A program made the translations under genes and the position numbers. The notes under the pieces are model-generated. The model was not told the DNA's origin and did not search any database. It saw only the letters and a program-made list of their open reading frames with translations. Of a stretch of DNA of 64,000 nt, positions 27,700-43,027 are shown one piece after another. Source of the DNA: Eledone cirrhosa (taxonomy: Eukaryota); contig OZ024753.1 of assembly GCA_964016885.1 (NCBI GenBank), positions 12,462,001 to 12,526,000 on the forward strand, in the 5' to 3' direction. Positions within the stretch are counted from its first letter, which is position 1; each line of letters starts with the position of its first letter.

Positions 27700-27843
27700 G
27701 ACAGTCAGCTTCCTGATGATTTCTCCCGAATCAAACAATACTAGTCCTGTAGAAGACATTTCTATATTAAATATTTATACTCTGCTATGTATTGAGTACC
27801 TTACTTACTGTGGTTACCCCCGATTGAACCCAGGATAAACTTA
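27700..27843 (+). mobile_element. Family D element (HHR with GAAA>CAAA; stem I CUUC/GAAG) with tail
   Basis: cttc CTGATGA tttctcccgaat caaa caatactagtcctg TA gaag. Tail tactctgctatgtattgagtacc. Confidence 0.7.
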
Positions 27844-28423
27844 TATATATACATACATACATTTGTATGTATGTGTGCGTGCGTATGAATGTATGTATGT
27901 ATTTGTTGTAGGGAAACTGGAAAAATACTATACCAAGGTAGATATTAAACCATTTATAGAAACAGAGTTTGTATTGTAATATCTTATCGGAGGCCCAATT
28001 CTGTTTAGCCTGGCCTACGACTTAATAGAATTTAAAAGCTAGTGATATTGTAGGTCACCAAAATGTAGAATGGGCACTCCTTTGGGGTTTTAGTAATTCC
28101 TATACTAAGTGTGCACCTAGATATTATGTGGAACTTAATCTGTGGTGTTGCTTTCCGGCTTTCGGTAGCGAGAAATCACACGCAAACACACACATACGAA
28201 CACGCAAACACACACAAACACACATACGCACACATACACGAATACACACACACATAAGCACATAGACACACATATATATATGTACGTGTGTATATATATA
28301 TATATATGTATATATATGTATATATATATATACAAATATAAATTATATATATATATATATATATACAAATATAAATTATATATATGTATATATATATATA
28401 TATTTATACAAATATAAATTATA

Positions 28424-28455
<32 letters not shown>

Positions 28456-28472
28456 CACAAATATAAATTATA

Positions 28473-28510
<38 letters not shown>

Positions 28511-28561
28511 AATATAAATTATATATATGTATATATATATATATTTATACAAATATAAATT

Positions 28562-28630
<69 letters not shown>

Positions 28631-28809
28631 AATATAAATTATATATATGTATATATATATATATATACAAATATAAATTATATATATGTATATATTTGTA
28701 TGTGTATGTGTATATGTATGTATATGTATGTGTATATATATATATATATAAATTCAGGGGAAGAGACCGAGAAATAGATAGATAAACAGGTAGATATGTG
28801 ACTTAAAAC

Positions 28810-28867
<58 letters not shown>

Positions 28868-29419
28868 GAGAGAGAGAGAGGACTTAAAGCTATGTTCATA
28901 TATAATTTGATTTCTAGCCAATATCTGATAAATCATATTAGTGTAGAAATATTATTCTCTCGACAGCTCATCACTGCAACCAGCTTCTTCTACACACACA
29001 CCACTGTAATGAGGACATAACTCGTCATAATGTATATTACGCATCTTCATAAGAAGTATCAGCACAATAACGCGTCAATTAACTTTTTTCTCATTACGCT
29101 AATTAAATTCTTTGAACAAGTTAATATAATTGGCTATTTTACATTCGAGGCGGAATATAGATCTAAAAAATACAAATTGGAGGGCATCACTGAATATTTT
29201 TGATTAAAACTATTGAATTCATTGATCCGGGGTATTTAAAGAATATTTCATAGGTATAGCTTCGATTTAATTCGATATATCTTATTTTTTATTGTTTCTT
29301 CCTGAAATATATTTGTCTGATATATTTCATATATATTCTTTATTTTATTTTTATTACTTTGTTCCAGATATTTTTAGTTCCTTTTTCATTTTTTTTTTTC
29401 ATTTATATTTTCATTAGTT

Positions 29420-29715
29420 TCTTCCATCCTCCTCCCCTTCCTCCTCTTCCCCCTCATTTTCTTCTGCCTTCTCTTGCACTCCTTCCTCTCCTTCCTCTTG
29501 CACTCCTTCCTCTCCTTCCCTTCAACTTCCTTTTCTCCCCTTCCTTTTCTTCCACTTCACCTTCCTCCAACTCCCCTTCCTCTTCTTCCTTCTCTTACTC
29601 ATATTCCTTCTCTTCCTCTTTATTTTCCTCAACGTCATCTTCCTCCTCCTCCTGCTCCTCTTCTTCCATCTCTTCCTTTTCATATTTCTCCTCTCCCTCC
29701 TCCTCCTCGCCATCG

Positions 29716-29749
<34 letters not shown>

Positions 29750-30360
29750 GTACCTGATATACATCCTTATGTACTATCAATCCCCTCCAAACATCATCGC
29801 TCTCCTCCACCTCTTCCCCCATCCTCCACTTCATTATTGTCATAACCATCATCATCATCATCATCTTCATCGGATTCATAGTCCACCTATTTCTCCTCCT
29901 ACACATCTTCAATATCATCCTCATCATCATTACTATCATCACCACCACCACCACCACCATCACCATCATCACCACCGCCACTATCACCACCACCATCATC
30001 ACCACCGCCACTATCACCACCACCATCATCACTACCGCCACTATCACCACCACCATCATCACCATCACCATCGCCACCACCACCACCACTACTACCATCA
30101 CCAAACACACACACACCACCACCACCACCGCCGCCGACATCACCAGCACCACCGACATCACCACCAGTACCAGCACCACCACCACCACCAACATCACCAC
30201 CGCCTTCCCCACCGCCACCACCACCTCCACCACCAACAATATCATCACCACCACCAACACCACCAACACCACCACCTCCACCACCACCAACATCACCACC
30301 ACCTCCACCACCACCACCAACACCGCCTCCACCCCCACCTTCACCCCCATCACCACCACC
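29420..30360. repeat. Trinucleotide low-complexity block (CCT/CAT/CAC)
   Basis: Visible triplet repeats. Confidence 0.9.
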
Positions 30361-30500
30361 TTACATATATATGTTTGATGCTATTTTCTCTGTTGGATTG
30401 CAAAGTACGCAAACTCTACTTTCGAAAAAATATAGATTTCATAGATAAATCAATAATTAGATTCCCTGTGGCGACCATATTGAATCGATTGGCGGCATTA

Positions 30501-30548
<48 letters not shown>

Positions 30549-30564
30549 ATATACATATATATAT

Positions 30565-30757
30565 AGTAATAATAATAAATTTGAAGACTAAAATCCAAAG
30601 AGGGCTCGATAAGGATAAATATATATCAAATATATAAGAACCGTAGAGCAAATATTTATTAAAATAACAGATTAAAGTTTAAGCAAAGAATCGCAGCTTT
30701 CGCCCTTAACGGGATCTTCTGAAATTCTTGAGTTTCAGAAGATCCCGTTAAGGGTGA
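30565..30757. mobile_element. Family E element with partial fold-back
   Basis: Minus-strand HHR 30676-30726, centre aattcttgagtt, inverted cagaagatcccgttaagggtga. Confidence 0.7.
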
Positions 30758-30945
30758 TTGTGATGTTGATGATGTTGATGATGATGATGATGATAGTGAT
30801 GATTCCTTTACCAGCCACACAAATGTGTTCATATAATACGGTAAACTTTACCACCACATGTGCTACAATACATATATTAGTGTGTGTGTATTTATGGGGT
30901 GAGGGTGCACACGATATTCTAAACGAGATTAAATCTAAACACATG

Positions 30946-31002
<57 letters not shown>

Positions 31003-31333
31003 CTCTCTCTCTCTCTCTCTGTCTCTCCCTCTCGTGCTCTATAATCCACTTCTACAGAAAACGCCAGCATCAACAGTTTTTGCAAGAGATGTCAACACGA
31101 ATGGACCTGTTTTTTGTCTCTAAAATTTTTTTTCCAATTCCACCCCGCCTGACCCTTCAATCTTTTTCTAATTTCTCATCCTTTCTTCTGATGATAGACT
31201 AGCGTCCGAAACGTTAACATCCTCCTCTTGCTATTTCAAGCGTTCGCCTAATATATTCCTTCCTTATACTGTATCGATAATGTTGTTATTGCTGTTTACT
31301 TTTGCACACACACACATACTCACACACACACCT

Positions 31334-32538
<1,205 letters not shown>

Positions 32539-32580
32539 GTTTTGCGAGGTTTTTTATATGAAATCGTGTGTCGAAACAGA

Positions 32581-32818
32581 TATTGTTATATTTGGGGAGG
32601 GTCATATTTGCGTAATATTGCCAGAATTAATAACAGAACACACTCACTGTTTGGTTGGTTTTCGCTTCTCGCTGTCTTTTATATATATATATCTGCGATC
32701 TAACTTACTCGGTATATATATATATAAAAGACAGCGAGAAGCGAAAACCAACCAAACAGTGAGTGTGTTCTGTTATTAATTCTGGCAATATTACGCAAAT
32801 ATGACCCTCCCCAAATAT

Positions 32819-32825
<7 letters not shown>
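32581..32825. mobile_element. Family I near-perfect ~110-bp inverted repeat
   Basis: Arms 32581-32692 and 32712-32825. Related single copies at 7830-7925, 20110-20160 and 20375-20420. Confidence 0.75.
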
Positions 32826-32870
<45 letters not shown>

Positions 32871-33352
32871 GTAGGTTATTATATGAGTAGTAACTTGTGG
32901 TTACGAGCGGCGACGCTGTTTGAAGTCCGCGATGATGTTACTGGGCCCGTCTCTCTTCGGGTTGTGCTCCAGGTTTAAGGCGGCTGTAGTGTGCAGAGTG
33001 TATATAAAGTGACAATAAGAATTGCAGCTCTCTCTATCTCTCTCTCTCTATCTCTCTCTCTCTCTCACACACATACATATATACATATATACATATATAT
33101 ATACATACATATATACATATATACATACATATATACATATATACATACATATATACATATATACATATATATATACATATATACATATATATATACATAT
33201 ATACATATATACATACGTATATACATACATATATACATACATATATACATACATATATACATACATATATACATACATATATACATACATATATACATAT
33301 ATACATACATATATACATACATATATAGATACATATATATATATATACATAT

Positions 33353-33548
33353 ATAACAAAGGAAATGTGGCAAGGAACCAGATGGACCATAACGCACCAG
33401 AGTACTCAGTACTTAGAGTAGTAGAGTGGGAAATAGGAAAAAGTATGACCTCGACGGCAGAGATCAAGTCGTTTCGATGGCTATTTCTGTCCAGAAATAT
33501 CCGTCGAAACGGCTTGAGCTCTGCCGTCGAGGTCGTACTTTTTCCTAT
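33353..33548. mobile_element. Family C palindromic element (3' half of an HHR mirrored)
   Basis: Palindrome 33433-33548 with GAAA-CGGC-ttgagctct-GCCG-TC. Tail 33353-33432. Confidence 0.75.
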
Positions 33549-33619
33549 ATATATATGTATATGTGATAAAGGTAAATGACGGGAGGCCTAAAAGGTTGAA
33601 TTTTCTTAAGTATTATTTC

Positions 33620-33840
33620 TGCAAAAAGACTACAGTTTGCTGGTCAATGTCACCGAGCCGAGAAAGGATTCATTTCGTCTCTCCTTCTGGATAGGTCTAG
33701 TCACGAGAACTAACTTTCCCAGACGCCAGTGCTGGACATATGGGACCTGGGGACAGCAATGCAGGAGCAAACAGTGTAGAAATGGATTGTCAACAGGGTT
33801 CCGTCTGCTCACGGGGGAGTCGAAGTATGATGATGAATAA
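33620..33840 (+). mobile_element. RTE-like LINE 3' end
   Basis: aaaagactacagtttgctggtca (RLQFAG) shared with 43960-44200. Ends in gatgatga. Confidence 0.7.
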
Positions 33841-34050
33841 AAAACATACAAGTCAGCAACCCATATATCATCGTTGAATTCGCATCGGCAGAGTGCGGGA
33901 GAGCATTCTCTGGTGCTCAGAAACACAGGCAGCCTCGTGTTTGCGGAAGATAGCGAGTGACATGCGATATGACAATAGATATTACAAACTGTGGGGCTCA
34001 CTCTTGAGGTTATCGAACAACCCAAAACATAATACCGGGGAGAAGGGAGT

Positions 34051-34137
34051 ATTATACATATTTCGGATGTACTGTTGTACATCCGAAATATGTATAATAA
34101 AATGTAATTGATCAAAAGAACATCTATTTTATTAATA

Positions 34138-34138
<1 letters not shown>
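34051..34138. mobile_element. Family B fragment folded back at HHR loop II
   Basis: attatacatatttcggatgtac-tgtt-gtacatccgaaatatgtataat is a perfect 22-bp palindrome. Compare 44770-44850. Confidence 0.7.
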
Positions 34139-34187
<49 letters not shown>

Positions 34188-34242
34188 CAAATGAATGAAT
34201 GGATGAAGGAGTTACAAGCCGTTAAAACAAGTCCTTTATATA

Positions 34243-34282
34243 GCTCTTAAACGTGTTTCGCCTACAGGGGCTCTTCAGAGGC
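34243..34282 (-). ncRNA. Degenerate hammerhead in an inverted segment 5' of the PLE RT
   Basis: Minus strand: CUGAAGA GCCC cugu AGGC GAAA cacguu UA agagc. Stems I and III are imperfect. Confidence 0.5.
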
Positions 34283-34289
34283 AGAAGTT

Positions 34290-35690
34290 CTTCTCTCAAG
34301 TTTATACCGTTACCAAGCAGAAAAACTCACCTTAAGCAACTTATTGCTGCGACTAATTCGTTTATACGTAGAGTCACATGGAAGGCCTGCCATATGGACA
34401 AGGATGCAGATAAACAACCGGTGCTTAAAGAAAGGTATAGATTTAACACCTACAAGAACCCTCCGCATAACACACTGCTGGATACCTTTGAGGAGGACCT
34501 ACTCAATATGATCAAGAACGTCAAGTTTAAGAATAGGCGTAAATGTACTAATGCTGTCCTGAACTCTCTGGACACCCTGATCACTAAAATAAAAAAAATG
34601 ATAAGGGCATATTTGTAGCCTCTGATAAAACCAAGAACCTGTATAAATTGGATGTAAGTAGATATAGACAATTGATCTCAAATGAGCTGAGCAAAAAATG
34701 CAACCCCTCCCCCCACACACACACACCTAGTAGCACACTCAAGGACATAAACAAAGGAGGTAAGCACATTGTAACTAACTTAGATATAGATAAATACACA
34801 GACCCATACTTACCTATGACACCAACATTCTCTCTTAAGGATCACAAATGTAACTTTAATGAAAACCCCTCTGTTAGATTAATATGCCCCTCCACTTCGG
34901 ATATAGGTAGAATTAACAAAGTGATCCTTGATAGGATAATACCCGTACTTAATAGTAACGCTAAGGTCCGCCTTTGGAACAATACGGACCAGGTCATCAA
35001 ATGGTTCACAAATATTCGAGATAAGGATTCTTTAATATTTATTCAGTTCGACATGGATAATTACTATGCTTCTATCTCCCCTATAATCCTAAATAAGGCC
35101 CTCATCTTAGCTAGATCTAATACTAGTTCAACTAAAAAAGAAATAGACATAGTACTTGCAGCGAGACGAACCATCATATACTTCGAAGGCTCATACGGGA
35201 CCCGAGCCAACCGTCCTGATAATTTCGATGTCACGATGGGCTCGAGTGACTCGACACAGGTAACCGACCTAGTTGGAATATACCTCCTACATAAGGTCAG
35301 GGATGATATCCCCGTACTACAAGGAGTTGTAAATAGGGACGACGCCCTATTTACTGTTAGGATTCACAACCCCCGTAGGACAGAAAACCTTAATAAACAT
35401 ATACATAAGTTATTTAAAACGTACGGCCTCTCAGTTACAATAGACCATAACCATAACATAGTTAACTTCTTAGATGTAACATTAGAGTTAGATACTGGCC
35501 TATACAGACCGTACGACAGGCCGGGTGAGGTCCTGTCTTACATTAAGAAAGCTTCTAACTACTCTAAATCTGCACTTAACTCTATAGTGAGTAGCATCTC
35601 ACACAGAATCTTCAGGCTGTCGGCCAACGAAAACGTCTTTGATTCTTTATCTCACCTCTGTATGCCTCTCTTACGAAACCTGAACCCTAT
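34290..35690 (+). pseudogene. Penelope-like retroelement reverse transcriptase (possibly Naiad-type), frameshifted and 3'-truncated
   Basis: FIRRVTWKA..FEEDLLNMIKNVKF..SDKTKNLY..VRLICP..FIQFDMDNYY..FDVTMGS..DLVGIYLL..RDDAL..NFLDVTL..YRPY. Frameshift near 34600. Confidence 0.88.
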
Positions 35691-35753
<63 letters not shown>

Positions 35754-35754
35754 T

Positions 35755-36149
35755 AAAAAAGGAATTCCAACTCTGTCTAATTTACTCTTTTTATTTACAA
35801 TCCTTTAACATTATAAATATTATAATGAAATAGTATGGTAGAATATTAAATGTTAATTGAACAAGTACTTTCATGCTTTCACAATCTTCAGGGTCATATT
35901 CAGTGGTGACAGTTAAGTTTGCAATTTTCAACAGTTAAAAATTGCAAACTTGACTGTCACCACTGAATATGAACCCGAAGATTGTGAAAGCATGGAAGTA
36001 CTTGTTCAATTAACATTTAATATTCTACCATACTATTTCATTATATCATTATAATTTTAAAGGATTGTAAATAAAACGAGTAAATCAGACAAAGTTGGAA
36101 TTCCTTTTATTACTATAATCTTGTATACACAATCATACACACTCGTGTA

Positions 36150-36150
<1 letters not shown>
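35755..36150. mobile_element. Family F palindromic HHR mini-element
   Basis: ~170-bp arms centred ~35933. Minus-strand HHR 35858-35896: CUGAAGA-uUGUgaaaGCAu-GAAA-GUAC-UU-GUUCA. Tail on the right arm. Confidence 0.8.
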
Positions 36151-36208
<58 letters not shown>

Positions 36209-36476
36209 TCGACAAGTATCAAAATTGTAGAAACTTGTAACAAAAGTACAAATCTCTACAAATTCCATACTTGACGACCCGATGTATATAAATATATATC
36301 TTGTAAAAACAATTTATTTTATAAAGAAATCAAAAATCATTTTTAGATATAACCATAATTATAATAATTCTTTCTAATTTCTTTATTATCTATTTACTTA
36401 TTAATCGTAATAATAATGTAAACACATATAGGCACACATCTGTATATATGTATATATGTATATGTGTGCGAGTGCC

Positions 36477-36518
<42 letters not shown>

Positions 36519-36539
36519 ACTGACAGAATGTGAAAGCAA

Positions 36540-36602
<63 letters not shown>

Positions 36603-36879
36603 TTATTGAAAAGGAAATCAGATAACAAAATTCAAAAATGGAAAAAAAAACAAACCTACAATTAAATATTAGACATTTAGTCTCAGTACGGTTATATGAT
36701 TCTCAAGAACGTAATGGACTGATAGATCAGAAAGCAGATAAACACTCACTCATAAGCATACTTAAATTCATCCGCACCCTTCCACTATATATATATATCT
36801 ACCCCCCACTCTCTTGAGCGTGAAAGTAATAAACATTTATTGTACTGCCTCTCTGTTTTGTCCCTGTTCAAATTTTTCC

Positions 36880-36925
<46 letters not shown>

Positions 36926-37109
36926 ATACATTAGTAGAGAAAGCTTTAAGCAATACTCCGACCGACTTCCGCCCCACTCAACAAACAATAGGATATACCT
37001 TAGTATAATCCCAATTATACGTTTGGGGTGCTAACTATACGTATTTTGAGGATAGACAGTTGTATTATTTTATATGAGACATAATTAAATACATCACTCT
37101 TTATATATA

Positions 37110-37493
37110 TAACAAAGGAATTGTGGTAAGGAAACAGATGGACCATAACGCACCAGAGTACTCAATACTTAGAGTAGTAGAGTGGGAATAGGAAAAAGTA
37201 TGACCCCCACCCCACGGCAGAGCTCAAGCCGTTTCGGCGGGTATTTCTGGACTGAAATAGCCGTCGAAACGGCTTGAGCTCTGCCGTCGGGGTCATACTT
37301 TTTCCTATATATATATATATATATATATATATAATGAAGGAAATGTGGTAAGGAACTATGTGGACCATAACGCACCAAAGTACTCAATACTTAGGGTAGT
37401 AGAGTGGGTAATAGGAACGAGTAGGACCCCGACGGCTGAGCTCAAGCCGTCGGTCGAAACGGCTTGAGCTCAGCCGTCGGGGTCCTACTCGTT

Positions 37494-37498
<5 letters not shown>
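37110..37498. mobile_element. Two tandem family C elements separated by (TA)n
   Basis: Palindromes ~37188-37308 and 37411-37498, each with a tail on the left. Confidence 0.8.
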
Positions 37499-37534
<36 letters not shown>

Positions 37535-37796
37535 AAATATAATTATATATATATATATGTGTAAATATAATTATATATATATATATGTATGTATATATAT
37601 ATATAATGTCTATAAATATGTATGTATATAAGTGTTTATGAAAATATTTTTGCCCTCATATTGGAATATAACATTAATTTTAATGTTAGAAAAATGCACT
37701 TTGTATGCGTACTATGGCTTAATGATATTCACAGATGTAGGCATATAGACACTTACAGAAACAACATATACTCACACACACACACACATATATATA

Positions 37797-38061
37797 TGGT
37801 GGCTGCCAACTCGTTTTCGAGTACGGCCACTACTCTATATCCATGTAGGAGAACCCCTACCGATGCGCTGAACGAGTGTGACTTTTTAGTCCAGCCAGCG
37901 ACTTGAAAACTCTGGTACAAACACTACACTTGTGACAATTATTGACACATAGTGCTGGGCCCATGGTACCATCTGACGACAAGTGCAGAGAGATCTCCAG
38001 ATATAAAGCAATGCCTGTGCCGTGAAGCTTTTATAGTGAGCAAAGGCACTGCACAAAGCTA
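37797..38061 (-). mobile_element. Family K repeat (partial)
   Basis: Reverse complement of 53021-53283 and 56460-56722. All three end at gccacc. Confidence 0.75.
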
Positions 38062-38115
38062 GTATATATATATATATACACACATACATACTCACATATA
38101 TGCATACACACACAA

Positions 38116-38166
<51 letters not shown>

Positions 38167-39204
38167 CACATATATACATATATATTTATATATATGCATA
38201 CACATATATATTTATATATTCATGAGTGTGTGCATTAACGTAGGTGTCTTTACTTGTGTATATATATGTGTGTGTGTGTGCATGTGTTTGTGTATATATA
38301 TATATATATATATAATGGGTATTTGTGTGCGCATTAATGTATGTGTCTTTCCGTGTGTAAATATATATGTATATGTACACTCACACATATATGCATGTAT
38401 AATGTCTATAAATATATATAATATAAATATATATATAATGTGTGTGTGTTTACGTTTGTATGTGTGTGTGTGTGTGTGCGTGTATTGTATTTCTGTGTGC
38501 GTCTGTCTTATAGGACAGCATCTCAATCACGTAAACATAACTTTCTAAATTTATGTAAATGATTAATTCTGAAAATTCCCAGATGAAAGTTTAGTTTACT
38601 ATCCATAAAAAATCAATTTAATATATTGTAATTAATTTCCAAGTTACAACAATTATGGAAAAGTAATTGATCGAATGATAACTTATTTCAGAATTGCTGG
38701 CAAGCTTTACACTCAGTTTAAAAAAAAGTGAAATGATCATTAAACATAAAACCACTTATTTTACTTTCTTTTATTCCTATAATAGTTCCAATAATTGAAA
38801 TACAGCCATCTTGGGGCACCACCTTCACCGGCGATATTCAATCTTATCGATCCGAGTAATTACTACATTCTAATATTTATTTCATCGATCTCTGACTATC
38901 GACTGGATACATTATACATTTATATAGACTGACATGATGTTACGCTTGGAAGAAATATAGGCACTTATTCTAACCAAATACAGACATGCCTATAAATATC
39001 GGTTCCATCGACTAGATCCACACAGAAACTAATGTTCAACCAAAACTTTTATTAGAAACAATCGGCTCATATTCCAAACAGCAATATTGATCAGGAACAA
39101 CATATTTAAGACCAAGTGGTCCTCTCTACAAAATGGCTAAATCTGCATATAACAATATTTAGATAATATTTTATAGTTAATATGAAACATTGTCAGATAT
39201 GTAA

Positions 39205-39828
39205 TAATTGTTTCTACAATAGGCACAAGGCCAGCAAATACACCAGTGTATTACTGGTATTTTATTTTATCGACCCCCGTTAGGATGAAAGGCAAAGTTA
39301 ACCTCGACGGTATTTGAACTTAGAATGGCAAGCACCGTAACTCTATGCTGTAAAGCATGGCGTCCGACCCTCTACCGACACTGCCAATCCACCACGCTTG
39401 TGAGATATATAATGGTTTCTTATATAGGTACAAGGCCAGCAATTTTGGGAGAGGGGGAACTCGATTAAATCGACCCCAGTACATTTCTGGTACTTTATTT
39501 TATCGACCCCGTAAGAATAAAAGGCAAAATTAACCGCGGTGGGATTTGAACTCAGATCATAAAGGGCTGTAACTCTGTGTTGCAAATCCACCGCCCTTAT
39601 GTATAGAATATAATGGTTTCTTATATAGGCACAAGGCCAGTAATGTTGGTGGAGGGGAAAGTCGATTAAATCGACCCCAGTGCCTTACTGGTTCTTTATT
39701 TTATCGACCCCGTAAGGATGAAAGGCAAAGTTAACCTCAGTGGGGTTTGAACTCAGATCATAAAGAGCCGTAACTATGCTGCAAAGCATGGCGTCCGACC
39801 CCCTACCGATACTGCCAATCCACCGCCC
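39205..39828 (-). mobile_element. Three head-to-tail SINE family 1 copies
   Basis: Three repeats of caaggccag..atcgacccc..atttgaact..aatccacc. Confidence 0.85.
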
Positions 39829-40595
39829 TGAGATATGTAATAATAATTGATTGTTTAGGAGTTGGACCAGTTAAGCGAGAAGACATCGTTCTGTTTTTTT
39901 GTTTTGCATTTGGAAAGAGGGTGATAACCCTGAAATATCAGGTGATGGTGGTAAAAACTCCCAGGAGAGCTGGGCACCAGAAGGTCTTCAGAGAAGAAAC
40001 CACCCCGCTTAAGCGACTGTTTCCACCCTTAAATTCTTACATTTTAAGGGGGCCGAGTCGCATCCAGATCATGACATTTAGCCATTCAGAAAAATGGGAG
40101 ACTTGCTGTGTATTTAAACCGTATAAAGATTTTGTTGGCAGGAACTAGCTGAAACTGTTCTCCGTTGACTCTGCTTTCATAATTATATTTAAACACTTTC
40201 TTGAAATAAAAAAAATAGCGTTGGTAGTCATGGTAGCGGTGAGACGTCAGCAGTATCTCCGGTGCTATCACCAGACATGTACCCTTTATATATTTCCTAA
40301 CACATTGAACCGGCTTTCCTATCAATTATTATTGAGATAATATTTTGCTACACCACTTTGTTTCATATCCTAACTGTACGTTGATCGAAATAAAATACCA
40401 GTAATACACTGGGATATTTGCTGGCCTTGTGCCTATTGTAGAAAGAATTATTACATATCTTTCACCCTAATCCATCTTTATAACAGGGAACCTACATACG
40501 AAGCTGATCTACACATATCCAAACTGTAGTTTTCTGTATAGAATAATTTAATATTTAATGCGATGTTTTAAAGGAAAGTGCAATTTTAATATATA

Positions 40596-41415
40596 CTAGA
40601 CCACCCGTGACCCGTTGGGTCCCGTTCACTTAAACATCATTTAAAAATAATTAAAATGTACACAGACATGCATATAATGTAAAATGAAATTGGAAGGTCA
40701 TTCTCACTTAAGAATATTTTTTTTATATATGCCAAAACATATTTTTTTAATCGTATTCACTTGAAAATAATTGTAAAAAAATGTGTAAATACTTTTTGTA
40801 TTTTCGATAAAAAAAAAAATTAAAAGAAAGCTAAAATATAAATGTTTAATGTAAGAACAACTTGTATTTTCTATAAAAAAACAAACTAAAATAGTGTTTG
40901 TGTAAAGAAAGTTAAAATATAAATACTTACTGTACGAACAACTTGTATTTTCGAAATAACATTCACTTAAAAATATTTCTATATAATTAAAATATTCTGT
41001 TTGTTAAACAGATTTACGCCAAACTTGTTTTATTCCGTTTGTATTCCCATTTCAGGGTTATTTTAATTTCGGAATATTTTCCCATTATGCACTGTTTTGG
41101 CTATTTAGGAAGGTACCCCCAAAAAACCATATCTCGGGAACCCGATTTACGCGAAACTTGTTTTATTCCATTTGTATTCCCATTTTAGGGGCAACTTCCT
41201 TTCAAAGTATTTTCCCATTATGATGCCTTTGGGTTGTATTACATTACAGACAAGACACAGTCACAGACTTTTAGTATTATACTAGACCACCCATGACAGG
41301 TGGGGTCATGTTTACTTCAAAATATTTTTTTTAAAATCATGTTCACTTAAAAAATAATTTGAAATGATTAAAATATACACAGACATGTATATAATGTGAA
41401 ATGAAACTGGAAGGC

Positions 41416-41459
<44 letters not shown>

Positions 41460-41897
41460 ATGTGTATATATATATGTATGTGTGTGTGTATATATATATA
41501 TGTGGGTGTCTGTGATCTATTATACGGTCATAGACACACACATATATACACACACACACACACACTCCCATATATTTATGTACTCAACAACACCACCAGC
41601 TCTCTTCCATTCTCCTCTGACTCTTCTCCCTCTCTCTATGTCTCTCTTTCAATCTAATCTCCCACAACCACTATCCCTTCGTCTCTAGCTTTCTCTCTCT
41701 TTGTTTATGATGGTACACGGAAAAAACCCATATCTCGGTAACCCGTGGTCCGATTTACACGAAACTTGTTTTATTCCGTTTGTATTCCCATTTCAGGAGC
41801 AACCCCATTTCAAAGTATCTCCCATTACGCGCGGTTTTGGCTGTATTACATTACATACAAGCAAGCAAACAATCACAGGCTTTTAGTATTATATAGA
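40596..41897 (-). mobile_element. Two tandem non-autonomous Helitrons
   Basis: Minus strand starts A|TCTATATAATACT at 41897. 3' hairpin plus CTAG at 41282 and 40596. Internal segments repeat (aaacttgttttattcc..tgtattcccattt). Confidence 0.7.
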
Positions 41898-42837
41898 TTG
41901 GTCACTATTTCTAGCAATACCCTCGACGCGTATATGCACAATTAACGATATATTCTCGTTAATGTTCTCTAGCAGGTGAAATATAGATTATCGGTTATGT
42001 GTACTTTCGTGTATTTCTCGCACCTACTGCTATGATTGAAGTTGCTACTCAAATTGTATTTGTCTAATTCCTGTCTCCTGAGAATATATATTATATTCAT
42101 TTATGAGTTTCTAATTTCATTTCATTTCTACTGATGTGACTTCTATTGATAACATTTTAATTTGTTGGTACATACTGCATTTAATTCGCTTTAGCCTGCT
42201 TTAACTAGGTTACCTCTCTACTGAATTTCGATTTATCTTATCGTGAAGTTGTTTTACCGGCTCAAGTTCTGTTTGTTTGAAGTTTTATTATCGGAAATCG
42301 CTGTACATGTTTCAAAACAAACTGTAGAGGAATCACCTTGAATTCCTATGCTTCTAAAAATTCATGTTTTACTGTGGATAAATTCACTTTTAAGTCCGTT
42401 TACATGCGTATAGATGTGCCTACATTTCCCCGTTCACTATATATCTTGACATGTTAACACTAATTGTCGCACAGACTAAGCTTTTGAATTCATAGCCGTA
42501 TCATTTGACTTCAGATCCACTGTCGAACAAGCCTAACTTCGGCGAAACTCAGTGGTAAGAAATTCCCAGGTGAACTGGTCAGCAGAAGCTCTTCATAGCA
42601 TAACCCCCCTCCCCCCATCCCTACTCCATGTAAATATTTCTGCCCTAAACGTCTGAGAGCTGAAACACTTACATATTGTGAACATGGGGTAATATATATA
42701 TATACAGGATATACAGGGTGGCCACTGAAAACCTGTGGAAAGAGTCTGTATTTGTGAGCAGAAAAATGGTGGTCATTTGAGGGACGTTGTTTTTCACATA
42801 TAATACTGAAAAAAGTCCAGTACTTATATTTCCAAAT

Positions 42838-43027
42838 GGCGGTGGATTGGCAGTATCGGTAGAGCCCCAGACACCATGTTTTGCAGCATAGAGTTATGGC
42901 CCTTTACTTTCTGAGTTCAAATCCCGCCGAGGTTAATTTTGGTCTTTCATCCTTAAGGGGTCGATAAAATAAGTACCAGTAATGCACTGGGATAAGTGCT
43001 GACCTTCTGCCAAAAGTAGAAACAATA
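42838..43027 (+). mobile_element. SINE family 1
   Basis: A and B boxes, and ctttcatccttaaggggtcgataaaataagtacc. Confidence 0.85.

Noticed and set aside
29359-30503. His-rich, Ser-rich and Val-rich ORFs resembling cephalopod His-rich proteins
   Set aside because: Pure trinucleotide repeats open in several frames on both strands, with no signal peptide or splice evidence.
31183-31220. CTGATGA-tagactagcgtcc-GAAACGTT
   Set aside because: Plausible decayed HHR, but stem I is only ~2 bp, so it is not listed as a feature.
42712-42800. TACAGGGTG mariner-like terminus (also reversed at 6862-6872)
   Set aside because: No matching opposite TIR identified nearby.
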